Source: Lophium mytilinum (lineage: Eukaryota). Taken from it: DNA of 64,000 nt. Below are positions 62,705-64,000 of this stretch, piece by piece. A program made the position numbers and the translations under genes. The stretch is taken from contig MU004196.1 of assembly GCA_010093605.1 (NCBI GenBank), positions 1,262,606-1,326,605 of the forward strand, in the 5' to 3' direction. The notes under the pieces were generated by a model that was not told the origin of the DNA, made no database searches, and worked only from the letters and a program-made list of their open reading frames with translations. Positions within the stretch are counted from its first letter, which is position 1; the number at the start of each line of letters is the position of its first letter.

Positions 62705-64000
62705 TTAGGCTAAGTATCTTTTTTAATTTAACTTTATTCTAAACTAGCGACTAGGTAAGTAGTTAACTAAGCCTAATAGCCTTACTTATAGGCCTAGTAA
62801 TATTCTAGATAATCTAAATAATTCTAGAACTAAGTATTAAATATAAACTATATTAAAGAAAAGAAATCTATCTAAGAAAATATATAGAGCCTTATAGCTT
62901 ACTAGTATACTTCTAAATAAATAGAAAGTTTCTATTAAGAGGCTTACCTAGCTAATATATAATATTATAGAATAATACTCTACTAATATTCTATATATTA
63001 TTCTAGCTACTAATAAAACTAAAGAAAGAAAGAAGCACTTAACTAAGACTATAGCTAACTATAGTAAGTTAGATAAAGATCTATATAATGCTACCCCTAA
63101 TATTACTGCGCTACTTACTTCTAAATCTATAAACCCTACCGCTAAAGAAGAAGCGCTAAAGGTATCTAAGCCTAGTAATAAGTTAGATAAGGACTTACTA
63201 GGGAACTATACTAATAATACTACTATTTAGTAGATTAATTATATATATATAGAGGATAATATTCTCTAGTATATTATATACGCTAAAGAGATAGATAAAT
63301 AATAAATTTCTCTTAAACTTATTTAAAAATAAGAAATTAAAATTAAGCTTAGTAACTATAAGATTTATAAAAATAAGCTATTTATTAACGGCTGCCTATA
63401 TATTTCTTATAATATAAAGCTCCGCACGCAATTAATTAAGAAAGCCTATAACTCTCTCTCTAGAGAATATACTAGAAGAAACTCTCTCTATTATTACCTC
63501 TTTTTCTAGTACTATTAGCTAGGTATTATAAACTCTATTACTATATATATTAATACCTGCCTAATATATAGGCGCACTAAGGTCTATAAAGATAGTAAAT
63601 ATAGCTTACTTAAGCTATTACCTATTCTAAATTAGTACTAGATAGACATCTCTATTAATTTTATTACTAAGCTACCTCCCTATACTATTAAAGGCCGCAC
63701 GTACTAATATATTATAGTAGTTATTAATTAACTATCTAAGAAATATAAATTTATTCCTCTAGACTCTATAGAGCTAGAAGACGTTATATAGGCCTTTATT
63801 AATTAGATTTAGTATAAAGAGGGCTATCTAGACTATATTATATTTAACTATAGTATATAGTTTATATTCTTCTTTTAGAAGCATCTATATAAATATATAG
63901 AAATATATTTAAAGCTATCTACTATAGCCTATCTAGAGACTAATAGCTAGACTAAAATTATTAATGCAGGCCTAAAGTAGTACCTGCGCGCATATATTTA

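Larger units (their letters stand above)
47270..64000. other. AT-rich block mutated by repeat-induced point mutation (RIP)
   Basis: Abrupt fall in GC, strong TpA excess, near absence of CpA/TpG and no ORFs in the track; transposon motifs are readable only after reversing C>T/G>A changes. Confidence 0.95.
48682..64000 (+). mobile_element. Ty3/Gypsy LTR retrotransposon 1 (outer): 5' LTR 48682-48901, interrupted at 53656/62710, runs off the window
   Basis: 220-bp LTR. RIPped protease, RT (YIDNIL near 52924, from YxDD), RNase H and then integrase after 62710, in Gypsy order. The reading frame resumes across the insertion (LNRRQxRW|AEYLSQF-like). Confidence 0.88.

Overview
Filamentous ascomycete (Pezizomycotina-type) nuclear DNA in three zones. 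(1) 1-17 kb, mostly conserved genes: a divergent Aurora-like kinase, a broken HET gene, MIC12, a mitochondrial PPR protein, Cwf18, a CCHC zinc-knuckle/SR protein whose first intron must be AT-AC, and an R3H/SUZ protein with a GC-AG intron. (2) 17-47 kb, accessory island. It holds a tandem array of ten same-strand paralogs, recovered only as fragments by the ORF track, each a two-exon gene for a 93-135 aa single-pass membrane microprotein: TM helix, SIRYKDSIC/Cys/poly-Arg, conserved phase-1 intron, D[ILV]E, then LDWP(xxP)SPY[DE]...EW. Eight copies look intact and two are decayed. The island also has two intact HET genes, a disrupted HeLo-like/DnaJ-C fusion, a disrupted HExxH gene and an MFS fragment. 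(3) 47.3-64 kb, an AT-rich RIP-mutated transposon nest: a Tc1/mariner element inside a complete Ty3/Gypsy element, inside a second Gypsy element of the same LTR family. All gene models and family calls were made by eye; no database search was run.
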